Shown here in pieces: positions 26,026 through 38,744 of a stretch of 64,000 nt of DNA. The DNA is from Camelus ferus (lineage: Eukaryota). The stretch spans positions 26,536,001-26,600,000 of the forward strand of contig NC_045701.1 in NCBI RefSeq assembly GCF_009834535.1, given 5' to 3'. A model generated the notes under the pieces. That model saw only the letters and a list, made by a program, of their open reading frames with translations. It was not told the DNA's origin and did no database searches. The first letter of the stretch is position 1; every line of letters starts with the position of its first letter. Both the position numbers and the translations under genes were made by a program.

Positions 26026-26073
26026 TTACTTTGGTTTTGGGTTTGTTTCTGCTGCAATGGCTTTAAGAGATTC
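26026..26073 (-). CDS. Candidate 3'-terminal coding segment ESLKAIAAETNPKPK* of an unidentified gene
   Basis: Strong acceptor ctatatttttttttcctcaaag|GAA; 15 codons then TAA; repeat-free UTR-like sequence follows with AATAAA at 25527-25532. Confidence 0.3.
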   Translation of the reverse strand, partial: ESLKAIAAETNPKPK

Positions 26074-26734
26074 CTTTGAGGAAAAAAAAATATAGACTAA
26101 AGAATCTTAATGTGATGTTATCTAAGGAGCTTTGAAATATTGAGATTAAGTTGCCTTAAGAATCTGAAGATATCCTAACTTTTGTCTGTATCATGTGAAA
26201 GATGAGTTGTGTGTAAAATAAAGAAACTACAATGTGCCACTTACAGCATGATGAGAATTATCCCCAAAGATAATTTTTCTAATTTTTGAATGGCATCAGC
26301 TGCTTAAGCAAGGCCAAGGGCATTAATTATGGAGAAGATGCTAGGGAGGAATACATACACACCTTTCATTGTTATAGAACCGCATTTGGGAGTTAATATC
26401 AGGGCTGTCTCCAGTACCATTCATCTGACACTTGGTAAATGAGTTGTCAGTAAAGGTGAAAATATATTAATAGTGCAGATCTCTTGAAATGGGTGCTCTT
26501 ATGTGTTTTACCAGAAAATTCTCCCTTTGGTTAACTCAATATCTTTTCTGACACATTTTCGTTGCACTAAAGTGTCTTTTATAGTGTGTCAGAGTTATGA
26601 ATACTGATAGACCCTCTCCTAAAGTGCCCCTCAAGTTCACTGCCATTTGCTCATTAGGTTTGCTTTTTATTGCATGTCAGAAAGTGCCTCCTTTTAAGCA
26701 CCTACTAATAAATGGAAATTGATGAGAATCGTAC

Positions 26735-26920
26735 CTCCAGAGCAGGCGGTAAATTCAAAGGTCTTAAATGAGGACGTCTGTGAGGCATCTAAGATCAGGG
26801 CATGTGCCCGTGGATCTTGATCTGGTTTACAGGAGAGAGTTGATTTGATGTTAAGATTGAAGAGATACCCACTCCTAAGCGGTACTCGAAGTTCCAAAAT
26901 GGAAACACTTCATTTCCCCA
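26735..26920 (-). other. Candidate 186-nt exon (unverified)
   Basis: ttatgttcttttatcag| acceptor, GAG|GTACGA donor, several CpGs; phase 1-1 frame open except one TGA. Confidence 0.25.
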
Positions 26921-28464
26921 CTGATAAAAGAACATAATAAGGTATCTTTTTAAAGATGTCTCCAGAATCATTTTCAGTTGCAATTTATTTATATGAGACA
27001 CAAGAATTGTAACTTTGTGGGAAGTGTTAATACTCAATTTCCAACTCTAACATAAAATGTGCAAGGTGAAGTTGGCAAGGGGTAAATGAAGATTCAGTGA
27101 CAAAAATGATGGTGGTTACTAAATGGAGGTGGAGGCAGGAGGCCAGTGCGTATGACCACTGTTTCCTCTGAAGAATCTGAGGATGAGGCTGCAGTGAGGA
27201 GGCAAGGGGATGGGAGAAGAGAGTGTCATCTCTGTCTCAGATTTAGGACTGTCTAGGGCTGACCGTGGTCTGGAGATCCAGCCCTATGCTGCCTAGCTCT
27301 GGGAAACTTCTGAAAAGCAAGAGCATCTCTAGAAAGTAGCTCTTTGGTTCATGGAGTTGTTACTGCGCTGGCCTTGGTGAGTGCCTATGAAATGGAAAAA
27401 ATTGTGAATTAAGCTTGATGATGAAATAAGATAGGGAAAATGTTGGTTATGTGGGTTCCACATGTGCCAGGTAATAGCTTGCTGACTCAAAGAGAAGGCA
27501 GGAAATCAAACAGCCAGAAAGGTATAACTACACAGCAACAAATCATTCATAAGAGAAGGGGAACCTAGAAACTGACAGATTTTTTTTGAAATTCCAAATC
27601 ACTGTTTCCCAATCATTTATTGACAACCTTCATGGTCTGAGCATAGTTTTTTAATTAACATTAAATTAACATTTTACTTAAATCAACTTATTTATTCTAC
27701 TTAGCCTTGCTCTGTGTAATATGTGCTATATTCATTATATCTTTCCTAATAAATACATAAGCATTAAAATTTTTAAAAATTTAAGAATCTCTGGTCTACC
27801 TTAAAATTTCTCATGTTTTGCCTATAAGTCCTTTGCTTTGGGAACTCTGTTCTAAACATGAAGAGTGAAATGTCTGTCAGATTTTAGAGGGGCACCTGAC
27901 CAGCAGGGACCAGAGGAAGGAATTAGCATTATTTGTTTGCAGTTTAGATCCTGCATGCTTTCAGAAGGATTTAAAAGTGACTTAAGACATGTATGCAAAA
28001 AAGACTGTTGAGGGAAAAACTATAAATATCAGAAACTTGTAGAAAGAGAAAGCAAATATACCATCCCTCCAGGTTCAAATAGGTACCATGTTGAGTGTTA
28101 AATTTAGCTCTGTGCCTTCTGGAAAGGTCAACATTATATCCAACTTGCTCATGGGCTCTATGACCTCTGTTGACCCTTATTACCTTGGGAAGATACCCAT
28201 ATGGAAAAGCAGAGTATTCTTTTTCTATGTTAAGAAACTTCGAAGTTTCCTAGAATTTCTATTGAAAATCCACACACCCAGGAATCAGTTTCAAACCTGA
28301 CAGATTTCACTAACAGGAAGTGTGGGAGAGCTGCATCTGTCAAGGTGAGCAGTACGCACGGGAGTCGGTGAGGCCTGACGAGGGGCTTGTCTGGCAGAGA
28401 TGAGAGTGCTTCTGAGGTCTGATGTTATGACTCTGTGGGCAGCCAGGACCTGACTTCCGTGCTG

Positions 28465-29045
28465 ACCATTTCAGCTGCTTGTGCTATGTAACGAACTACC
28501 TTCAAACTTAGTGGAATTAAAATAAAAATTAATATATCTCAAGGCCTATGAATTAACTGGTCTCATCTGGGCAGCTTGCATTTAGGGTGTTCCAAGCAGT
28601 TACAGGCAGCAGTCAGCTGGGTCTGGAGTCCTCACACTCAACTGGGTTGGATGTCCAAGATGGCACACTCACATGGCGAGCTATTAGTACCTGGCTGGCA
28701 GCTGGCAGCTGGCAGCTTAGCTGGGCTGGAATATCTAGACATGCCTTGGTCCTGAGGCTCCAGCTTCTCACAGTGTGTAGGCTGAGCTCTGAGAGGAAAT
28801 GTCTCAACAGCAAATGCTCCAAAAACCAGGAAGCAAAAGCTGCCAGGCTACTTGAGGTTCATGTTCAGAACTGGTATACCGCCACCTCCCTTGTGTTCTT
28901 TTGAAGAGAACAAACACAGGGTCCTTTCAGATTCAAAGAGGTTGGAGAAATAAACTCTGAAGGGGAAAATGGAAAGGTTATCATGTAGAAGAGTATGTGA
29001 AATGGGAACTATTATGTGACCATCTTGAAGATACAATCTACCACA
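28465..29045 (-). mobile_element. MLT1H/G-like MaLR LTR
   Basis: gctatgtaacgaactaccttcaaacttagtgg...gatgtccaagatggc...gaagatacaatctaccaca. Confidence 0.85.
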
Positions 29046-29199
29046 TCCTCCAAGAGGCTTCTGCATTCTGGAATCAAGGCAGATTCAAACAAATACACAC
29101 AGGAGTAATCTGGGGTGGGGGATAGTATTTTAGGCATGGGGTAAAGTTGTGTAGGCAAGGAACTCTAAGTTGTGGTGACTCTGGCATGAAAAGTAATTT

Positions 29200-29365
29200 A
29201 TTATGTAACACGGTGACAAGAAACAGCTGTAGACTAAAGTTCTCCTGGCACTGCACTTTATTAGCTGTGTAGCCCTGGGATAGTAAATAGGCCTTATATC
29301 TCTGTATTACCAATAACAATTCAGACTTGAGTGATCTATGAGAGGCCTTCCTATTCTTAATAATT
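29200..29365 (+). mobile_element. Old MIR (MIR3/c-like)
   Basis: ttattagctgtgtagccctggga...gatctatgagaggccttcctattct. Confidence 0.45.
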
Positions 29366-30429
29366 AGGAAACTATGAACTTAATGGTCACTCGCCTGCTG
29401 TGGGTCAAAGGGAATGATAATGATGAATGAACTGCTCATAAATTAAAAGAATACATTTGGAGCAGGATTGGCTTTTCTCGGAATCAATAGTTGACATTAA
29501 ATACGGCAGAGAAAGTTATTGATGGCATTGATTGTTAGATTATTCCTTTGGCTCTAGAGTCCTGAGAAGATATTTCTTAACGATCTTCTATAACATACAA
29601 ACTTTTAAGTTGCTTTTTCCTTTTCTATGTTTTTCACTCTAATCTAAGCTCCAGTAAATAACCTCTGGCTTGTTAACAGACATGGGTGTTTATTAATCTA
29701 TTTTTAATCAGAATAATGACTTGTTATTGGTTTATAAATCCATATTTTCATTCATTGAATGTCTTCAAGTAGGAACCCCTATACCCAAGTCTATGGTTGT
29801 GGATGGCTACATGTGAATTCCTATTTAACATAAATGACATCATGCATATCTCTGACAAACTATACATGAGAACTGAGCTTAACTGCATGTAAAAGGGGAC
29901 CAAGCCAGTTCATATTCTCTCTGCTTTCAAGAAAAAATGTGAGCAGCACATAGACATGCATCCTGTGCTCTGTGAGGGTGCTATGGGAACTTGAAGCTGT
30001 GGTGAATGAGATGTGTTCTCTCCAAGGGCTGGAAAGCAAACATAAAATGGTCAGACATCTTCTGGATAGAGGTCTTAGAGGATCTTAGCATAGGATAAAA
30101 GCCTTGCTAGTTTTTTGCATTACGACAAGTTTAAACAACAGGTGGAAATTGCAATTTTTATGAATGGCAACCACTTCCTGGACTTTCCAGGCTTCACAAA
30201 TAAAACTCCCAATGTCAATCCATCTTACTCCAGGCATGAAAAATTGCCCCCTCTCTGACAACTCCCCCCTCATTTATCTTGGCATGTTAAATGGCATAAT
30301 AGCTTGTGGCATATTTCAAATTCTCTACTTAAATCACACAGAAATACAACTGTACACTATCCACCAAACATTCATCGAGTGACAGAAGGCACTTACTTGA
30401 AGGCTATCGAAGTGTTTACGCATTCATTC

Positions 30430-30545
30430 TTAATTTTTTTGTGTATTCAGCAAATATTTTGAGTGCCTATTCAGTGCTAGGCACTGTTCACTGTGACAGA
30501 ACTTATTGGCTATCTACTTAATAGACATGTTCCTCACCCTCTCAC
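30430..30545 (-). mobile_element. L2 3' fragment
   Basis: attcagcaaatattttgagtgcctattcagtgctaggcactg. Confidence 0.65.
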
Positions 30546-30584
30546 ACACACCATTCCACAGAGGCAGCCTTGTATTAATTTAAA

Positions 30585-30800
30585 AAGTACCTACTCTGAC
30601 GGCAGACCACCTGGGTTACAATCCTTGTGTCATCACTGATTAACTGTGTAACTTAAGTTATTTAATGTCTCTGTAAATCATAGATAATAATGGCTAACTA
30701 TCTCATATCCTTGATGTGGTGATTAAATGAGTTAATATACTCTAATTATTGGAATGGTGCCTAGCACCTGTAAATGCTATTTAAGAGTTAGCTATTACTA
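30585..30800 (+). mobile_element. MIR SINE
   Basis: cagaccacctgggttacaatcc...gattaaatgagttaata...gtgcctagcac. Confidence 0.8.
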
Positions 30801-30859
30801 TCACCACTTTTACTAAAATTACTACTACTACTAGTAATACCTCAGACCCTAGTAACAGA

Positions 30860-31275
30860 CTCTTGATTTTGTTCAAGTATGGGTGGCTGAGTCCTTCAAA
30901 GGAGGCCAAGTCTCAGCCCAAGATGCCTATCGACTTTAGTTGAAATTAGTTATATAAAATCCGTTTGTTTTCATGGTTGTTTTAGAAATAGGCATGTGAT
31001 GCCAATCTGTCCAGTGAAATGGGAGAACATAACTGTTTGAGGGTGTAAGCTTGAAACTGCTTTGAAATGTAGGAAACTAGCTTAAGGACAAACACCAACA
31101 GTCCGAGAATGGCAGAGAGAAAGATGAAAAGAGGTGGGTCCTTGATGATTTTATTGAGCCCCTGAGTCAACCAATCCCAAACCAATTAAAGCAGGACTTA
31201 TTGCTAGATAATAAAGATAACAGTATCTTTCAGTTGAGTTTTCTGTAACTTACTTTTGAAAGCATCAAGTGAAAT
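30860..31275 (+). mobile_element. MLT1J/K-like MaLR LTR
   Basis: gaatggcagagagaaagatgaaaagaggtgggtccttgatg...gttgagttttctgtaacttac...gaaagcatc. Confidence 0.65.
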
Positions 31276-32289
31276 GATGTATCATTCCTGATCATGAGAA
31301 TTCATGACATCATTGAAATTCCTTATTTATTTAAAGAAATATGAGAAACATATCCAAGATCTTCCCATAAGGAAGAATGAAATGCCACTGGCAGAGGGTG
31401 AAATGAGTATGCTGTTTACCCTAACTCAAATGTGTTGATATCTATTTTAATATCTACAAAATTACAGTAGAAAGAAGTGTAAAAAAACTATCAGGTTGAT
31501 TCTATTGGTCTTTCCACGTAAGAACAATAACCCTGTAGGTGGCTTACAGAGACACAATACATAATAATTCTGCACAGAGACATAATACATAATACATAAT
31601 AACATTGTCATGGTTCTGCTCTGAAGGGGTGTAAGAGTTGATTAAGTGTAATTAATCTATTAGGAGGTACCAATAACAAGAAAGGTTAATTTGAGCCAGA
31701 GTGTCTCAGGTTACACAAGAACTACTTAGAAAGCCTTTCTAATGTCCTTTCTCAAAGATTCTGACTCAGTAGATTAAATGTATGTGTACGCGCAACACTT
31801 GAAGAAACACTAATGTAAGAATTGTCTTAATGTCAGAGGAACATAATTCAAAGATATGTAAAAAAAGATTATTGGTCTTCAATTTAAACAAATATCATTT
31901 GCTAACAGAGGAGAAAGAATTAAAATGAATGTTTTAACCCTTTAGTGAGATCATTTTAATACATATTTTAAATTAGTTCATAGCATGTAAATAAGAGGCT
32001 AATTTTAGTTGAAAAGAATAAAATGACTTTCATTGACTAGATTTCTGTCAACTCTAACCCAATACCCTGCTTTACTGAAGAGAATTTGATACCTAATTGT
32101 TCCATCTTGAGAAACTGCCTAGTCACAGAGGAAAACTGCACAGAAGTAATTCTCACCTTTGTAGGAAGGAAGCACACATTGAATGTCTAAATCACCCATT
32201 TAGGACCCAGGCAGTGCCTTGAAAAAACGAAGTTACAATAAACCCATAGACATATCACCATTTAAAGTTGTCTCATACCTGATGGACCT

Positions 32290-32726
32290 ATCCATCTAAA
32301 TAATTGGATCACACATCTGAGTTATTTAGTTCGATGTATTTCTCTGTCTCTAGCTGTATCTGTCTCTGTCTCTCTCCCTCTCCCTTTCCCTTAGGTGGCA
32401 ACTATGATAGGAACTGGGCTTCCTCTGTTGTTCCAAATCAGGCCAGATGTTTCTGCCTTACTGGTTTCAGCTATCATCAGGCATACCTAAAGTGGTTTCT
32501 GCTTCTGAATGTTGCCCCAGAGCCTGGGAACCAATATTGTCTTCCCCTTTAACCCTGTAGCCTAGAGGTGATAGTGGCTTTTTGCTGTTGCTAATAATCT
32601 GGGCTTCTTTTTGGCTTCTCAGCATTTCCCTCTATTAAAATTTCTGTGATCTTTTTGGCTTCTCGGCATTTCCCTCTATTAAAATTTCATTTCCTTGGAG
32701 TGGTTACTGTTCTCTTGACTGATACA
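32290..32726 (+). mobile_element. ERVL-class LTR (LTR33/LTR41-like)
   Basis: ctagaggtgatagtggctttttgctgttgctaa...tttggcttctcagc...ggagtggttactgttctcttgactgataca. Confidence 0.6.
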
Positions 32727-34328
32727 CTATCCTTGGCTCTTATTCTGAACTATGGAAGTCATAAACATTATTTGTAACATTCTAGATTCAACTTGACTTC
32801 TCCCAGTTACTCTACTTTTTTGGTCACTGACTATCATACCATCTTCACTTGTATTCCAGAAGTGGCTACATGCCCCTGATTTCATGTGTTCCCCGAATAG
32901 GATCAACCTGGTTGAAACACAACCTTACTTTATAATATCAGTGTGTGATTAATTAGTTGTTTCATTTGACCTATGAATAAATGTGACAGACCAAGAGAGT
33001 ATCAGAACTTATATAAAAGCCATGTTAAAATGGAGTTCTAATGTAGTTTACTTGACGTATACGATGGAGATTTCACGGACAGACTTTCAGATATAAATAG
33101 TAGGGACAAATGTTAATATGAAATTTCCCATCTAAGAAAAGCCACACCAGAGGGCATATAAAGGGAACTATTGACCAGCAAATGAAGGGCAATAGGGTAA
33201 GGGAATTATGTAATATAAGAGCTAAAAGTTGGCAAATCTAAGTCTCTGAGAAGGTATGCAGTGTGTTAAAGTTATCATTGACAGAGAAATATAATACAGA
33301 AATTGGCAAAAGAAATTCCTATGTATCAATATACAATCCAAAGTATTGCCATAATATCTTTAATTTTTGCAGCCTTTCGCTTAGCACACATGAGCCTCTG
33401 AATATTCCAATACTTAAGGGTAACCAGTAACAAAGAATAGTTGTGTGGGGGGCACCATATCTTTTATTCTTAATCCTTTGAGAAACTGCTGAGCCTAAAG
33501 ACTAGTTACTACCAGCCTTCTGTCTTCCCCACGGAGAGTTTTTCGTAGTTCAAGAGAAAATTTCATCAGGTAAAGGTGATATTTTATTTAATGATTTCCT
33601 TGCATTTGATTCTGGCTGTATTGTTTTGTCTTTGAAACATGCCAAGAGGTATATCTAAGCTGTCTCATACTTAGTGCTTTTACCACCTGTGTTGTTTCAA
33701 ATCCAAAGCATAGCAATTTGATGTAGTGGGAGTAGCATTCTCTTATGTCTGCTATTCCTTTCTCCAGGCAAATGGGATCATCAAACACTATTAGCCTTAG
33801 CTGTAGTGTCTGAACTGGACTAGTAAGACTACTCCAAGCTGTGGATTTCCTGAAGTGAGGGTCTTAACTATCTATCATAGACTGTGGTGGATAAAGCTCC
33901 TTAGGTACAGAAAAACTCAAGTTTCATTGGCTGAGAAATAACTAATCTTTAAGCATGTGGTTAGTCTCCTTTTTTCCCCTTATGTTTGGAAGGAACTGAT
34001 ATCTTAAAATTTTTAGAGATAGCATTGGGAGGTGACTGAGTGAAAAGACCACAGAGGCAAGAACTTGACAGGGAATGATTAAGAAGCCTGGATTTGTTTA
34101 CTAAACCAATTCTCTAACTTTAAAAGTGATAATAAGAGTAATGGGGTTTAAGATGTGTTCTGAATTTCCCTTAGGAATATGTACACGAAATCAAACTCTC
34201 CTTTACAATATGGCAATTTTAGCAATTTCTTGACCATCTATCTCTCTATCCACAATTACATTTTAATATCCAAATTAGAAGCCTCTCAAGGCCAGAAGGA
34301 TGCCACATAACAAAAAAAGAACAAAAAT

Positions 34329-34329
<1 letters not shown>

Positions 34330-34389
<60 letters not shown>
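34330..34389 (+). repeat. (GAAA)15 microsatellite
   Basis: Perfect tetranucleotide run. Confidence 0.97.
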
Positions 34390-34391
<2 letters not shown>

Positions 34392-34794
34392 AGAAGAAAG
34401 ATCCACTTTCTAGAGCATATAATTTTCTTTTGAAAACAAAAGTTTGCATTAACCTATAATAAAAGTGTAATGTTTAAAGTTCGAACATGTTCACATCATC
34501 TCCATGCATTTTTAAACTTCAGTTTTTGGTAATCATCAGGGAATAAGATATAAAATCATACATTAAAAAGACACCCCTCCAAAAAAAAAAAAACCTTACA
34601 ATTTTTCTAGGCATTTCTGATGCAAAATAGTTTGAAGATACATGTCCTGGCAGGGTCTAAAAGTCAAAATGGAATTGTTCCTTACATGCTGTTGGCAATA
34701 TTTAACCAATGAAATGTAACCTTTTTAAAGCTATTTATAGAGGATAAGTAAATTATAGTATAGGTCTTGGGATGCCAAATAATACTCTTTTGTG

Positions 34795-34985
34795 CTCAGA
34801 TACCTGGGCTCAGATGGCACACTTCTACTTACTAGCTATGTGACTTTGAATAAGATACTTCATCTCTCTAAGTTTGTCTTCTCATCTGAACAGTGGAGGT
34901 AATTCCTACTTCACAAGTAGGTTGTTTGAACAATGGAACAAGATAATGTAAGGAAAAGGCTAGCTCACAGGAGATGTTCAGTTAC
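34795..34985 (+). mobile_element. MIR SINE
   Basis: cttactagctatgtgactttgaataagatactt...ttctcatctgaa. Confidence 0.8.
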
Positions 34986-37724
34986 AATCCTCATCTACAT
35001 GTCATTTCCCTCCTAATTTTTTGTTTTAATCACAGAAATCTAAATGCTATGATTCAAATCATTTGCCCGGAAACATAATTACCAAAAGCACAACCAAGAC
35101 TATCCCTAGGCTATAAGTGAAGAATTTGATCATGGTTCCTTCTCCTACCCTAGCCATCCAGTTACCTCATTACACAAAGCTTCTCCAAAGTCATACATGC
35201 CTGTGACCATCTCAAAACCTAGGACTTCTATTAACAAATGTATTACAAAGAACAGTGCTCATATTAATGTTCAACCAAGGCAGTAGCAAAAGGCCAGAAT
35301 TTGTTACTGTTTTTGTTATTTATTTTATTATTGTTTTTGTCTTAATTTCCAAAGATAAGATTGGAAGACATATCTTTAGTAAAGCTTTTGATCTTGGAAT
35401 TCCAGGGAAATATTAGAAAATTGCTTTACTATTCCTGAGGAATAGTAATAACATTTATGGAGACACCATGAATAGAGTAGTTTATTGATAGACTATTGTA
35501 GACATTAGAAAATTTTATTTATTCTTCTAAATATCTTATCTTGAAGTGACATCTTCATGATGATAATGATATTAAAACATGAAATGTTTTTGACTTTGTT
35601 TTGTTGATACATGCATGTGTGTGTATGTGTAGGAGGGAATGGGCAGGTAATATATGAGAAGAAGGTCTGCTAATTAAGGAATCATACCGGACACCAAATG
35701 ACCAGTATACCTGATCCTCCATATCTACTCCCCCCACCCCAACTTAACCAGTTGCCCCCAGCATTGGTAAACATAGCTCAAAATAATCAAAGGTTTCCCA
35801 TTGGTCCACCACTATGATGTGTTTAAAATTCAAGTCTCTCTAGGTCACAGTTAACAGCCCAAATAAAGACAAAAAATAAAAGATAAAGTTCTACTGCCAT
35901 TTAAAATAAATCAAATTAATAGAAGAAAATTGTCAAAATAACAATGTTGTCCTGATATAAATCTATAGTACATGGGAATCCAAGTTAGGGCAACTGCAAT
36001 AATCTTAATTCGGCAGTACTGGGCCTCCCAATTACACACATATGGCCCACCAGCCTACTCGCTTTTGCTGACTCTGTGAAGGAGACACACCCATGTGCCA
36101 CAAATGGTCAGAACTGAAGACAAAAAACTGAGATTTAGATTTTGTTATAGAGGAGTATTTCTTGAAGCTTATTTACCTCTCAGGTTTACATCAGGTCTTT
36201 ACATTTTACAAGGCAAAATTTGAAAATTTCTGGCACACCCAGACATGCGGCCAGAAAACAATGAAGCTATTCATTACTTTTGGCATGAATCTGTCTGTTC
36301 CTGGAAGAATGTTAAATTGTCATTGATTTTATAACATTTTCAGCTTGAGAACACATACATCTATGTATGTTAAGTCAATGTGTTCTTTTTGTACTTCTAT
36401 ATTCTATTCCAAACTTAGCCACAAAAGTAAACTTTTGGCAAGAATGGTTCAGGTTCAGCAAAATACCAAATAGGATTTGCCAAAAGTTATTTTCCCTTAG
36501 ATTTTAAGCCCCTGTTCATTCTAGGGAAAATACAATCCGTGTATCTCTAATTCATATATATTTAACGAAGTGGTCTGCTGTCCAAAAGGATTTCTGAGAT
36601 TCTTGAATAGTTTTCTTTTCTCTTTGCCTTCCATATCTCCACTGATCTGATTCCTAAAGATTTACTTTCTAACTCATGATGCTTAAATAGTAAAAGATTC
36701 CTTTCAGTTTGAAACCTGGTAAAATATGCACTTTTCTTCACTTTTTATCAAAGTTTTTATGACATGAACATTTAAATATAGTTTTCAAATATTTAACACC
36801 TCACTGAGTTATTTGTTCATTCTTTTCTTTCTATCTTTTTTTCTCTCTTTCTCTCTCTCTTTCTTTCTTTTGTTAAAACATGACAAAGAAAAGAGCTCTG
36901 AATATGGTAAAGCACTTCCCAGTTTGCCAGTCTGTGTCAGAATGAAGATTAAATAATCATCACCTTGTTCTTTTCTCTATTTGACTCTACTTTAGATAAG
37001 TTAATGTAAATTAACACATTCACTTGACATGTGTAGAGAGTCCAGTCTCTTTCTGTAAGCAGCATCCAAACAATGATGCATCTTTTCCCATATTTAATTT
37101 TAATGTATATGATTTATTATGGTAGAGTTGGCTTTTCCTGACAACTCCTACTACCACAGTCATACACACCCAACCCCTATTACCCATATTTAATTTTTAT
37201 TTGAAAATAATGTAACACATCTGCTGCAATCATGGAGAAAAATAAGTAAATTCTGATGAAAGTCAGACATGTTGCTGACAGTCTGCAGCCCAATGCGTTT
37301 GAAAATACTGTGCAAGATGCAAAGGAAACTTCATAAAATAATAACCCACAAAAGAGTATTACATGTGAGGAACAGCCATGGAGCTACAGAGTTGCAGTGC
37401 TAAAGAATGATGATAGAGACTATTTTCCAGAGAGGTAGAGTCCCTAACCTCAATCTTCACATCAAATGGACCTACAAAACATTGTCAAAACATTATTTTT
37501 TCTCTGAACTGAATATCTTATGTTATTAAATTATTTTATTTCATCAAGTTATCTGTAAACATTCAATCAGCTGGATTCCAAGCTCTCCAATAGGAATGCG
37601 TTATGTTTTTGAAAATCATCAATAAACCATAGGACCTTCAAAAGAGTACATTGAGGACCACTTCCTAATGGAATTGACTGGAGAGCACAGCACATTATTC
37701 GGTAACTACATGGGTGTTACTGCC

Positions 37725-37890
37725 AGGTGGTATGGGTTTAAAACTTTACTCTACTGTTTTCTATATGTTCTCTTTGGATAAGTTACCTAACCTCTTCATG
37801 CCTCAGTTTACTCAAATAAAAGAGAGATTATAAGTAGCATTTACCTGATATAGCTGTTGTAGAACTTAATAAAGTACTTCCTGTAAAGCA
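37725..37890 (+). mobile_element. MIR SINE
   Basis: tttggataagttacctaacctcttcatgcctcagttt. Confidence 0.75.
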
Positions 37891-38149
37891 GTATATCCCT
37901 CTCACAGACAGCTCATCCACGTCCCTCTCTCCATCTTTCCAGAGCACATTGCTTCATCAATATTTGCTCAACTAAATCTTCAAAACCAGACTACACATTC
38001 GCTTCCTCCTGGAAGAGTTCTGCAATCAATCCAGTTTAACTCCAATCTCCTCTATTCAACCTCAGGACTCCAGGAGGGATTAAGCTAGTGTTCTGGAAAT
38101 TTATTGTTTTGAAATCGTACCAACACTTTATAATAATGTCTGATTTCTC

Positions 38150-38670
38150 TCTCATGCAACTTAAAATTTAACCATTTTTATGAGTACAGTTTAGTTGCAT
38201 TAAGTATATTCATCTTGTTGTGCAAAAAAACCCAGATCTTTTTTGTCTTGTAAAGCTGAAATTATATACCTGATAAACAATTCCCCATTTCTCCATCCCC
38301 CCAGTTCTTGGCAATCACCATGCTACTTTCTATTTCTATGAGTTTGACTTCTCTAGGTGCCTCATATAAATGTGATCATAATAGTATTTGTCTTTTTGTG
38401 GCTGGGTTATGTCACTTAGTAAAACATCCTCAAGGTTCAGTCACACTGTAGTATATGTCAGAAAATCCTTCCTTTTTAAGGCTGAAAAATATTCCATTGT
38501 GGATATATACCACATTTCATTTTGTTTACCTATTTACCTGCTAAAGTACAGTTAGTTACTTTCACCTTCTGGCTATTTTGAATAAAACTGCTAAGAACAT
38601 GGGTATGCATATATCTCTTTAAGACCCTGCTTTTGATTCCTTTGGGTACATATCTGGAAGTAGACTGCTG
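38150..38670 (-). mobile_element. L1MB-like 3' end
   Basis: ggcaatcaccatgctactttctatttctatgagtttgact...ccttcctttttaaggctgaaaaatattccattgtgg. Confidence 0.9.
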
Positions 38671-38744
38671 AAAAAGAATGTTGATATCTAACAAGTGAAG
38701 ATATTTTTACCACAGTTGAAGAAATGATTAATACTTTATTTATT

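Noticed and set aside
32607-32688. CRISPR-like direct repeats
   Set aside because: Only two copies with a 6-nt spacer in mammalian DNA; it is a tandem duplication
34246-34449. ORF with FFLS repeats
   Set aside because: Translation of the (GAAA)n microsatellite
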